Below, piece after piece: positions 15,989-23,184 of a stretch of DNA of 23,184 nt. The stretch's first letter is position 1. The number at the start of each line of letters is the position of its first letter. The position numbers and the translations under genes were made by a program. Under the pieces are notes generated by a model. It saw nothing but the letters and a program-made list of their open reading frames with translations. It searched no databases and was not told the DNA's origin. Origin of the DNA: a virus; UHGV virus genome UHGV-0173641; one strand, given 5' to 3'.

Positions 15989-16007
15989 GGCGGGCATCAT
16001 GCCCGCC
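15989..16007 (+). other. Perfect 9-bp stem hairpin directly downstream of the major capsid gene
   Basis: ggcgggcat-c-atgcccgcc, 10 bp after the N stop. No T-run, so more likely an mRNA stability element or partial terminator. Confidence 0.4.
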
Positions 16008-16024
16008 TGTAACGGAGAGAAAAA

Positions 16025-16825
16025 ATGATTACTCCTGCACAGCAACACTGGCAGAACGTGATGGCACAGCGCGCAGGCCGGGCGAATGAAGGCGTGGACC
16101 ACGCCGCGCGTACCGCGCATGAAGAGGTGCTGTATCGTCTGCGTCTGGCACAGGCCCGGCTTAAGGGCGTACAGGCCAGAAGCGCGAAAGCCGCCATCAA
16201 AAAAGAGTTGTTGCCGGACTTTTCCGGCTGGATTGAGGGAACGCTGGAGGCTGACGGCGGGCAGCAGGACGAAGTGATTGCCACGCTGATGGTGTGGGCG
16301 ATTGACTGCGGCGATCTTCCGCTTGCGCTGCGTATTGGCGCGTATGTGGTCCGTCACAACCTCATCATGCCGGATAACTTTGGCCGTACTGCTGCCACAG
16401 TGCTGACCGAAGAAATCTGCAACCCGGTACTGACGCAGGCCGGGACGGATGCCGACGCGGATTTGTCCGCCTTTATCGAACCACTGGATACCCTCCGGGA
16501 GATTGTCACCGACCAGGACATGCCGGACGAAGTGCGCGCCAAATTATGCAAGGCGTGCGCCTTTGCCCGCCGTGGCCTGAGCGATGCGGACAGCATGGCC
16601 CTGTCACTGAAGCTGCTGCGCGAAGCAATGCACCTGAACCCGAACGCAGGTGTGAAACGCGAGATTGCAACCCTTTCCCGCGCCCTGAAAAAAGCCGATT
16701 CCGCAGCCGCACCAGAAGATGCCAGCACACCGCAGGCGCAGGACGAAAGCAGCAAAAGTAAAAAGACAACGCGGAAGCCTGCAACACGAAAAACCACCGC
16801 GACGCAGAAGGCGAAGCGCGGTTAA
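16025..16825 (+). CDS. M: Terminase small / endonuclease subunit (P2 gpM-like)
   Basis: 266 aa. MITPAQQHW..., DMPDEVRAKL and AGVKREI match P2 M as I recall it (MTSPAQRHM..., DMPDEVRAKL, AGVKKEIERL); K/R-rich C-terminal tail. Confidence 0.85.
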   Translation: MITPAQQHWQNVMAQRAGRANEGVDHAARTAHEEVLYRLRLAQARLKGVQARSAKAAIKKELLPDFSGWIEGTLEADGGQQDEVIATLMVWAIDCGDLPLALRIGAYVVRHNLIMPDNFGRTAATVLTEEICNPVLTQAGTDADADLSAFIEPLDTLREIVTDQDMPDEVRAKLCKACAFARRGLSDADSMALSLKLLREAMHLNPNAGVKREIATLSRALKKADSAAAPEDASTPQAQDESSKSKKTTRKPATRKTTATQKAKRG

Positions 16826-16841
16826 CGACTGACCCCGTCAG

Positions 16842-16914
16842 CGGGCGGCGTACGCGGTGTTCCGGTTTGACTCCGTGACCGTTTACACCGCGCACCCACC
16901 GCCCGATTTTTTTT
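16842..16914 (+). terminator. Long interrupted GC-rich hairpin followed by a T8 run between M and L
   Basis: Outer stem cgggcgg (16842-16848) / ccgcccg (16899-16905) and inner stem cgcggtg (16853-16859) / caccgcg (16886-16892), then tttttttt (16907-16914). Confidence 0.4.
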
Positions 16915-16928
16915 CAGGAGTGAACCCC

Positions 16929-17423
16929 ATGAGTATGGTTGCCAGAACCAACCCCGGACCCGCAGAGGACGACATCACCGATACCGATGATGGTGATACC
17001 CGTATTTCAGCGGGCGCATTCTGGCCGGATATTGTGCTGCGTGAGCTGCGTCTGGCGATACGACTACCGGGCCGTGTGACCACCTCCCGCCTGCTGCATA
17101 CCGCCACCGGGGCGGTGGCTCACGTTACCCGCGAGCTGGAAGCATGGCAGCAGGAACAGCAGGCGGCTGGCCATCAGACGCTGGCCGATGTTCCGGCACC
17201 CGTAATTAACGGAGAAAGCGTCAATCTCTGGCACTGGCGCAATGCTGTTTATACCGCCACACGCGCCCTGATTCTGGAGCGTTACCGCGATGCGGACACA
17301 ACGGACAAGGGCGACCGCCGGGCGGACGCACTGGATATACAGACATCAGATTTGTGGCGCGATGTGAGCTGGGCCATCTCTGACATTCTGTGCCGCCCGC
17401 GAATCTTTGCGGAGTTGTGCTGA
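16929..17423 (+). CDS. L: Head completion / capsid-stabilising protein (P2 gpL-like)
   Basis: Start at ATG 16929 (CAGGAG upstream), about 164 aa, close to P2 L. The ORF-track start at 16857 lies inside the upstream hairpin. Stop overlaps the start of X. Confidence 0.75.
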   Translation: MSMVARTNPGPAEDDITDTDDGDTRISAGAFWPDIVLRELRLAIRLPGRVTTSRLLHTATGAVAHVTRELEAWQQEQQAAGHQTLADVPAPVINGESVNLWHWRNAVYTATRALILERYRDADTTDKGDRRADALDIQTSDLWRDVSWAISDILCRPRIFAELC

Positions 17424-17623
17424 TGAAAGTGAAGGCACTGGAAGGCGACACCGTGGATTCGCTCTGTTTCCGGTACTACGGCACGACGCAGGGCGTCACC
17501 GAAAAGGTGCTGGATGCCAACCCCGGACTCTGTCAGCAGGTATTTCTGGACGCCGGGCAGGAAGTGGAGATGCCGGAGCCGGAGAAGAAGAAACGAGAAA
17601 TGATTCAGTTGTGGGGGGAGTAG
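17423..17623 (+). CDS. X: Tail protein X (LysM-like small tail protein)
   Basis: 66 aa from ATG 17423. MKVKALEGDTVDSLCFRYYGTTQGVTEKVLDANPGL resembles P2 X as I recall it (MKTFALQGDTLDAICVRYYGRTEGVVETVLAANPGL). Confidence 0.8.
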   Translation: MKVKALEGDTVDSLCFRYYGTTQGVTEKVLDANPGLCQQVFLDAGQEVEMPEPEKKKREMIQLWGE

Positions 17624-17625
17624 CA

Positions 17626-17949
17626 GTGAACACCATTCAAACAGGGATCACAGAGCAGGTTATTGCATGGCTCTTTGACCACCTGCCAACGGTGTATGCA
17701 GTAGGCGCGGCGGTCAGCATTTCCGCGCTGATGAGTCTTTATGACGGACGAACACTGGTTCAGACCGTAACGGGATCGCTGGCGTGCGGCGTTCTCGCCA
17801 TGGCCGTGGCCGGGTCGTTGCGCTTCTTCGGTTTTCCTGAAGATGCCGTGACGTTTATCGGCGCATCAATCGGTTTTATGGGGGCAGAGAAAGCACGCGA
17901 CAAGGTTATTGCGGCCTTTAATCGCAGGGTGAAGGAGAAGGACGAATGA
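17626..17949 (+). CDS. Holin (predicted, two hydrophobic segments)
   Basis: About 107 aa from GTG 17626 (GGGGGGAG upstream); hydrophobic segments VIAWLFDHLPTVYAVGAAVSISALM and GSLACGVLAMAVAGSL; directly upstream of the endolysin. Start uncertain. Confidence 0.6.
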   Translation: MNTIQTGITEQVIAWLFDHLPTVYAVGAAVSISALMSLYDGRTLVQTVTGSLACGVLAMAVAGSLRFFGFPEDAVTFIGASIGFMGAEKARDKVIAAFNRRVKEKDE

Positions 17950-18338
17950 GCAACACATTTAAATTCAGCAGCCGGAGCGAAAAGAATTTGCAGGGCGTAA
18001 ATCCTGATCTGGTGAAAGTGACCCGACGGGCACTGGAAATTTCGGAAGTGGATTTTGGTATCACCGAAGGGTTGCGCAGCCGTTACCGCCAGAAGCAACT
18101 TGTGGCCACGGGTAAGAGCCAGACCATGAACAGCCGCCACCTTACGGGGCATGCCGTGGATGTTGTGGCTTATATCGGCAGCCAGGTGTCATGGGAATGG
18201 CCGCTGTACGAAAAAATCGCAGCAGCATTCAGACAGGCCAGCCGGGAACTGAATATTCCGGTGGAATGGGGCGGCGACTGGAAGACCCTGAAAGACGGAC
18301 CGCATTTTCAGTTACCACACGGAGCCTATCCGGCATGA
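17946..18338 (+). CDS. Endolysin, peptidase M15-type (L-alanyl-D-glutamate / D-Ala-D-Ala peptidase family)
   Basis: 130 aa. SRHLTGHAVDVVAY with downstream W...GGDW and a final H fits the zinc-binding H-x6-D...H pattern of M15 peptidoglycan peptidases; sits in the lysis-cassette position. Confidence 0.8.
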   Translation: MSNTFKFSSRSEKNLQGVNPDLVKVTRRALEISEVDFGITEGLRSRYRQKQLVATGKSQTMNSRHLTGHAVDVVAYIGSQVSWEWPLYEKIAAAFRQASRELNIPVEWGGDWKTLKDGPHFQLPHGAYPA

Positions 18339-18742
18339 AGCTCTGGCCCACGCTGGGCGTCGCTTTCCTTCTGATTGCCGCATGGGGAACATCCATGCGT
18401 CTGTCGTGGTCGCTGGGCCGGGAGAACGCCAGAAACGAAGCGCAGGCCAGCACCCTGAAAAGTACCGTCGACACCCTGAATATCATCAGCGCCGGGGTAC
18501 AGGATATGCAGCAGGTGCTGGCACAACTCCGCGCGGAAAATCAGCAACGCAATCAGGACGGAGAGGCCAGACGTGAACAGCTACGCAACGATATTGCAAA
18601 AGATGAATGCGCCCACGCTTTGCCTGACGCTCGTTTTACTGACAGGTTGCGCAGGCACGCAGAACGCGCCACGGCCAGCGCCGTCAGTCCGGCTTATACC
18701 GCAGACGCTGACCATTCCGGTAACGCCGCCCCCCTTCCCTGA
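18335..18742 (+). CDS. lysB: i-spanin (Rz / LysB-like)
   Basis: About 135 aa from ATG 18335: N-terminal TM segment (LWPTLGVAFLLIAAWG) followed by a charged coiled-coil-like region; overlaps the endolysin stop. Confidence 0.65.
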   Translation: MKLWPTLGVAFLLIAAWGTSMRLSWSLGRENARNEAQASTLKSTVDTLNIISAGVQDMQQVLAQLRAENQQRNQDGEARREQLRNDIAKDECAHALPDARFTDRLRRHAERATASAVSPAYTADADHSGNAAPLP

Positions 18743-18893
18743 CCCTCCCACATGGGGAAATCTCGGTATATGGGGCGACCGCCTTCTGGATGCACTGGAA
18801 ACCTGTAACGCGGATAAACGGGCCATTGAATTACTGGAACAGCGCAGGCTGCAACGACTGAACAACGAGGACAACAACCATGCTGAAAACTGA
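18603..18893 (+). CDS. lysC: o-spanin lipoprotein (Rz1 / LysC-like), overlapping the i-spanin in the +1 frame
   Basis: MNAPTLCLTLVLLTGCAG has a signal peptide and lipobox (LTGC); Pro-rich body. 96 aa from ATG 18603, the length I recall for P2 LysC; GTG at 18573 is an alternative start. Confidence 0.6.
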   Translation: MNAPTLCLTLVLLTGCAGTQNAPRPAPSVRLIPQTLTIPVTPPPFPDPPTWGNLGIWGDRLLDALETCNADKRAIELLEQRRLQRLNNEDNNHAEN

Positions 18894-19347
18894 TTCCCTG
18901 CGTGAAGCCATGACCCGTTCATGCCGATGGTGTCAGGCCAACCCGGAAAAATTCACCATTTTCGTGGAGAGCGGCAACATTGAAACGACCGGAGAAACGC
19001 CCTCGTTTGTTTACCGCTATCAGATGGTGATGTTTGTCATGGATTACGTCGGGGAGCTGGACGACCTCACGCTGCCGCTACTGGCGTGGTTATCCGAAAA
19101 TCAGCCGCAATTGTTGCTCAATCCGGAGCGTAATCAGGACATCAAATTCTCCGCCGTTATCAATGACGATGACAGCGCCGATCTCCTGTTTACGCTCCCC
19201 CTGCGGGAACGCGTTCGCATCACGCGCAGCAGTCAGGGGACACCGCAGGCAGAACACCTGCCGGAGCCAAAACCCCGCCTGCCCTCTTCCGAAGGCGACT
19301 GGTCGCATGTATTCCAGGATGTGACGTGGGGTGAAAGCGATGGATAA
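18880..19347 (+). CDS. R: Tail completion protein (P2 gpR-like)
   Basis: 155 aa. MLKTDSLREAMT...LPLLAWLSENQP resembles P2 R as I recall it (MLKPDSLRRALT...VPVLAWLRENQP). Confidence 0.8.
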   Translation: MLKTDSLREAMTRSCRWCQANPEKFTIFVESGNIETTGETPSFVYRYQMVMFVMDYVGELDDLTLPLLAWLSENQPQLLLNPERNQDIKFSAVINDDDSADLLFTLPLRERVRITRSSQGTPQAEHLPEPKPRLPSSEGDWSHVFQDVTWGESDG

Positions 19348-19975
19348 GGCATTCACCCGCGTGGATGAAACCTTTGAGGCCATCCGCGACAGCCTGAATC
19401 AGCAGGCCATCAATAACATCGCCAGAAAGCTGGCACAGGATTTACGTCGCGCCCAGCAGGCACGTATCCGGTCACAGAAAGCGCCGGACGGGACCGCATG
19501 GACACCACGCAGACGCCGCGTAACCCGGATACAGGAACGCATTCGCTTTATCTGGAATAACGAAGCACGCACGCTGAAAAACTGGCATCACGACACGGGG
19601 AAATACGGGCGAACCATTACCGGGTGGGATGAGGATAAAAACAATATCCGCACGTTTTACCGGGATGACATCGACCGTTTTCTGGAAATACGCACCCGGC
19701 GCATCAACCAGGACAGTACAAAGCGCGTCCCCATGTTCGTAAAACTGCGCACCGCCCGCTACCTGAAAGCCCGTGCAGATGCTTCCGGTGTGGCGGTGGG
19801 TTACAGCGGCGTGGCCGCACGTATTGCACGCGTTCATCAGTTCGGTGAGCGCGATCAGGTTGCGCCGGGCATTTTCACCGATTACCCGGTACGTGAGCTG
19901 CTGGGTATCAGCCAGGCAGATGAGCGCCTGATTTATAACACGGTGCTGGGCCGGATTGCGGAGGCTGTACGGTGA
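19340..19975 (+). CDS. S: Tail completion / virion morphogenesis protein (P2 gpS-like)
   Basis: About 211 aa from ATG 19340, overlapping the R stop. Position between R and V plus ...YPVRELLGISQADERLI resembling the P2 S C-terminus. Longer than P2 S as I recall it. Confidence 0.7.
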   Translation: MDKAFTRVDETFEAIRDSLNQQAINNIARKLAQDLRRAQQARIRSQKAPDGTAWTPRRRRVTRIQERIRFIWNNEARTLKNWHHDTGKYGRTITGWDEDKNNIRTFYRDDIDRFLEIRTRRINQDSTKRVPMFVKLRTARYLKARADASGVAVGYSGVAARIARVHQFGERDQVAPGIFTDYPVRELLGISQADERLIYNTVLGRIAEAVR

Positions 19976-20553
19976 GCGCAGAACTCATGCGACTGCTGAG
20001 CAATATCATCCGCACCGGGATCATCTCTGAAGTTGATGAGAAGTCCTGGCGCGTGCGCGTTCGCAGCGGCGAACTGGAAACAGGCTGGTTGCGCTGGAAC
20101 ACCACGCGCGCGGGAGCCTTCAATGTGTGGCTGCCGCCATCACCAGGCGAACAGGTGGTAATTGCCTGCATTGGTGGCAACCCGGAAACCGCCATGATAA
20201 TTGGCAGCCTGTGGAGTGATGCCAGTCCGGCCCCCGGCAAAAGCCTGAAAGAAATCGTGATCAGCGCGCCGGACGGCGCGGTGTTCCGCTACGACGCGGA
20301 CGCAGGCGCACTGAGCGCCAGCGGCATGAAAACGGCCACTTTGCAGGCATCCGCCAGCGTGAAACTGGATACGCCCGTCGTGGAATGCACAAACCTTCTG
20401 AGAACGGCGACGCTTGACGTCACAAAAGGGGGAAAGATGAGCGGCAATATCACGCACAGCGGCGGCAATTTCACCTCAAACGGCATCACAGTGCATACGC
20501 ATAAGCACGGTGGCGTTAAAGGTGGCAGCGATTCGACAGGAGGCCCGCAGTGA
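19972..20553 (+). CDS. V: Baseplate assembly / spike protein V
   Basis: 193 aa, GTG start overlapping the S stop. ...IRTGII..., PDGAV and LHTHKHGG... match P2 V as I recall it. Confidence 0.85.
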   Translation: MSAELMRLLSNIIRTGIISEVDEKSWRVRVRSGELETGWLRWNTTRAGAFNVWLPPSPGEQVVIACIGGNPETAMIIGSLWSDASPAPGKSLKEIVISAPDGAVFRYDADAGALSASGMKTATLQASASVKLDTPVVECTNLLRTATLDVTKGGKMSGNITHSGGNFTSNGITVHTHKHGGVKGGSDSTGGPQ

Positions 20554-20900
20554 CAACCCGCTACACAGGAATGAACCCGGACGGGACGGGAAACCTGAAC
20601 GATATGGAGCACCTGAAACAGTCAGTCAGGGACATCCTGACCACCCCGCTGGCAAGCCGGGTTATGCGACGGGAATATGGCAGCCTTGTGCCTGATTTGA
20701 TTGACGAACCCATGAATAACACCACGCGTCTGCAATGCATGAGTGCTGCCGTGATTGCGCTGACACGATGGGAACCCCGCATTGCCCTGGATGCCATCGA
20801 CGTTGTCTGGAAGGCAGGAGGCCGCGCCGGGGTGACGCTGTCGGGCACTGTCATGCAGACCATGCAGAATGTTGAATTAACCATCACGCTGAGGGAGTAA
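20550..20900 (+). CDS. W: Baseplate wedge protein W (gp25-like)
   Basis: 116 aa. MTTRYTGMN...RVMRREYGSL...WEPRIAL resembles P2 W as I recall it (MTARYLGMN...RVMRRDYGSL...WEPRVTL). Confidence 0.85.
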   Translation: MTTRYTGMNPDGTGNLNDMEHLKQSVRDILTTPLASRVMRREYGSLVPDLIDEPMNNTTRLQCMSAAVIALTRWEPRIALDAIDVVWKAGGRAGVTLSGTVMQTMQNVELTITLRE

Positions 20901-20903
20901 ATC

Positions 20904-21800
20904 ATGCCCGCCGTTGACCTTTCCCAGTTACCGGAACCCGCCATCATCGCGGAGCCTGATTTTGAGGCAATTCTGGCTGACACAAAGACCATGATGATTG
21001 CGTCCTATCCTGCCGAACAGCGTGAAGCCGTCTCCGCCGCGCTGGAGCTGGAATCGGAACCCCTGAACGTTATCGCCCAGACAACAGCGTTTCGTGAAAT
21101 GCTGTTACGCCAGCGGGTCAATGAGGGTGCACGCGCCTGCATGCTAAGCCACAGCGCCGGGACAGACCTGGACAACCTCGCGGGCAATATGAACACAAAG
21201 CGCCTGGTTATCACTCCGGCAACGGATACCACCGACGCAGTGATGGAAAGTGACACCTCGCTGAGACTACGGGCGCAACGGGCATATGACGGTCTGAGTG
21301 TTGCTGGCCCTTCAGGTGCATACGAGTATTTTGCACGCAGCGCCAGCGGTCTGGTACGCGATGCGCGGGCCATCAGCCCGTCTCCGGCCAACGTGACGGT
21401 TTCCATACTGTCCACTGAGGGCGACGGCACAGCAACGGAGGCGTTGCTTAATACCGTTCGCGCCGTTCTGAATGCAGAGGATACCCGCCCGGTGGCCGAC
21501 CGCCTGACCGTACAGAGTGCCAGAATCGTGACATGGCGGCTGAATGCAAAACTGTACTTTTACCCCGGCCCGGAATCCGAACCTATTCTGGCCGCGGCTG
21601 AATCGTCGTTCAGGAAGTGGCTGGCTGAGCAGGGGCTTATCGGTCAGGACGTGGCGTTGTCCGCCATTGCTGCCGCACTGCATGTGCACGGTGTGCAACG
21701 CGTGGAGATAATCGAACCCACACAGAATATGGCCATCAGCGACATACAGGCGGCGCGCTGTGAGTCATTCACCATCAGCGAAGGTGGACGCAATGAGTAA
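20904..21800 (+). CDS. J: Baseplate protein J
   Basis: 298 aa ORF in the conserved V-W-J-I order; size matches P2 J (about 302 aa as I recall). Confidence 0.85.
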   Translation: MPAVDLSQLPEPAIIAEPDFEAILADTKTMMIASYPAEQREAVSAALELESEPLNVIAQTTAFREMLLRQRVNEGARACMLSHSAGTDLDNLAGNMNTKRLVITPATDTTDAVMESDTSLRLRAQRAYDGLSVAGPSGAYEYFARSASGLVRDARAISPSPANVTVSILSTEGDGTATEALLNTVRAVLNAEDTRPVADRLTVQSARIVTWRLNAKLYFYPGPESEPILAAAESSFRKWLAEQGLIGQDVALSAIAAALHVHGVQRVEIIEPTQNMAISDIQAARCESFTISEGGRNE

Positions 21801-22323
21801 TTCGTTGTTACCACCATCAGCCAGCAATTTCATGCGTTGTGCCGAAGCTGTCGGAACGCGCATTACAGGCATTCCGGTAGACCTCAACACGCTGTGGTCG
21901 CCGGACACCTGCCCGGTGCATCTGCTGCCTTATCTCGCCTGGGCATTTTCCGTTGACCGCTGGGATCGCAACTGGCCGGAAGAGACAAAGCGACAGGTTA
22001 TTCGTGATGCATGGCTGATACACCGACACAAGGGAACCATCAGCGCACTGCGCCGGGCCATTGAGCCGCTGGGATACCTCATTCGTGTGTCTGAGTGGTG
22101 GGAGTTCGGCGGAGAACCGGGAACATTTACCGTTGAAGTCGGCACACTGGACAGTGGCGTGACGGAGGAAATGTATCTGGAAATGGAGCGGTTGATTGCT
22201 GATGCCCGTCCGGTCAGCCGCCACATGACAGGGCTGAATATCATTCAGGAGATCCCGGGAGATATTTTCGCGGCGGCAGCAACTTACGACGGTGAAGTCA
22301 TTACCATTTATCCGGACGATTAA
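21793..22323 (+). CDS. I: Baseplate / tail protein I
   Basis: 176 aa from ATG 21793, overlapping the J stop. ...LWSPDTCPVHLLPYLAWAFSVDRWD matches P2 I as I recall it (LWNPDTCPANLLPWLAWAFSVDRWD). Confidence 0.85.
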   Translation: MSNSLLPPSASNFMRCAEAVGTRITGIPVDLNTLWSPDTCPVHLLPYLAWAFSVDRWDRNWPEETKRQVIRDAWLIHRHKGTISALRRAIEPLGYLIRVSEWWEFGGEPGTFTVEVGTLDSGVTEEMYLEMERLIADARPVSRHMTGLNIIQEIPGDIFAAAATYDGEVITIYPDD

Positions 22324-22325
22324 GC

Positions 22326-23184
22326 ATGAGTACCACAACACGTAAATTTAAAACCGTTATCACCAATACGGGTGCCAAAAAATTAGCTCAGGCAGCCGCG
22401 CCAGATGGTAAGCCTGTCCGCCTGACTCATATGGCCGTGGGCGACGGTGGCGGTACATTGCCCACACCAGACAGTAAGCAGACCCGTCTGGTGCATGAGG
22501 TGTGGCGACATACTGTTAATCGCGTCATCCTGGACGCAACACATCAGAACCGCATTATTGCAGAGCTGGTTATTCCTCCAGAAACGGGCGGATTCTGGAT
22601 CCGGGAAATTGGTGTATTTGATGAGCACGGCGATTTAATCGCGGTGGGCAATACTGCCGAAAGTTACAAGCCAGCCGTTGCCGAAGGGTCCGGTCGTGCA
22701 CAAACATTTCGCACCATTCTGACCGTATCCAGCACTGCCACCGTGGCGCTTACCGTGGATAACACCATGGTGATGGCCACAGTGGATTACGTGGATGACA
22801 AACTGAAAGAGCATGAACAGTCACGACGTCACCCGGACGCCTCGCTGACCGCAAAAGGCTTTGTTCAACTTAGCAGCGCCACCAATAGCACGTCTGAAAC
22901 GCTTGCGGCAACACCAAAGGCTGTTAAGGCAGCATATGACCTGGCTAATAGCAAATACACCGCACAGGACGCTACCACTGCGCGAAAAGGGATAGTTCAG
23001 CTCAGTAGCGCCACTAACAGCACATCTGAAACGCTGGCTGCGACGCCAAAAGCTGTTAAGGCGGTAATGGATGAAACAAATAAGAAAGCCCCATTAAACA
23101 GCCCGACGCTGACCGGAACGCCAACAACACCAACTGCGCGACAGGGAACTAATAATACCCAAATCGCAAGCACGGCTTTCGTTA
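22326..23184 (+). CDS. H: Tail fibre protein H, N-terminal part (truncated by window end)
   Basis: Begins at ATG 22326 and is still open at the window end. MAVGDGGG..., HEVWRH, AESYKPA..AEGSG and the duplicated QLSSATNSTSETLAATPKAVK motif closely match the P2 H N-terminal region as I recall it. Confidence 0.88.
   Translation, partial: MSTTTRKFKTVITNTGAKKLAQAAAPDGKPVRLTHMAVGDGGGTLPTPDSKQTRLVHEVWRHTVNRVILDATHQNRIIAELVIPPETGGFWIREIGVFDEHGDLIAVGNTAESYKPAVAEGSGRAQTFRTILTVSSTATVALTVDNTMVMATVDYVDDKLKEHEQSRRHPDASLTAKGFVQLSSATNSTSETLAATPKAVKAAYDLANSKYTAQDATTARKGIVQLSSATNSTSETLAATPKAVKAVMDETNKKAPLNSPTLTGTPTTPTARQGTNNTQIASTAFV

Noticed and set aside
1-23184. tRNA, rRNA, IS element or transposase genes
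   Set aside because: No cloverleaf-like tRNA ends (GTTCGAATCC/CCA), no rRNA-like sequence, no transposase-like ORF or terminal inverted repeats recognised; int is the only recombinase.

Overview
This window is the left ~23 kb of a P2-like (Peduovirus-type) temperate phage, most likely an integrated prophage in an enterobacterial genome, in canonical P2 gene order. All calls are from reading the sequence and recalled protein families; no searches were run. Layout: tyrosine integrase (237-1256, -), C-type immunity repressor (-) facing Cox (+), a run of small early genes, the large rolling-circle replication protein A (5356-8178), a three-gene cargo block (8255-10590), a ~525 bp cos-region intergenic, then the late genes Q and P (-) followed by O, N, M, L, X, holin, M15 endolysin, overlapping spanins, R, S, V, W, J, I and the start of tail fibre H (+, truncated by the window end). 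The most interesting region is the cargo block, which sits exactly where P2 carries tin/old, a documented anti-phage defence hotspot. It encodes a plasmid-type ParM-like actin ATPase, a ParR-like adaptor and a PAPS-reductase-like PP-loop protein with a C-terminal cysteine cluster; this is a candidate novel defence, DNA-modification or maintenance module. Secondary points of interest are a visibly AT-rich islet with a 37-aa hydrophobic peptide and an unknown 136-aa protein (2955-3572), a ~320 bp structured non-coding gap (4359-4680), and 10-bp-phased TGCACAA repeats beside a degenerate cos-like sequence. No rRNA, tRNA, CRISPR array or IS element was recognised.
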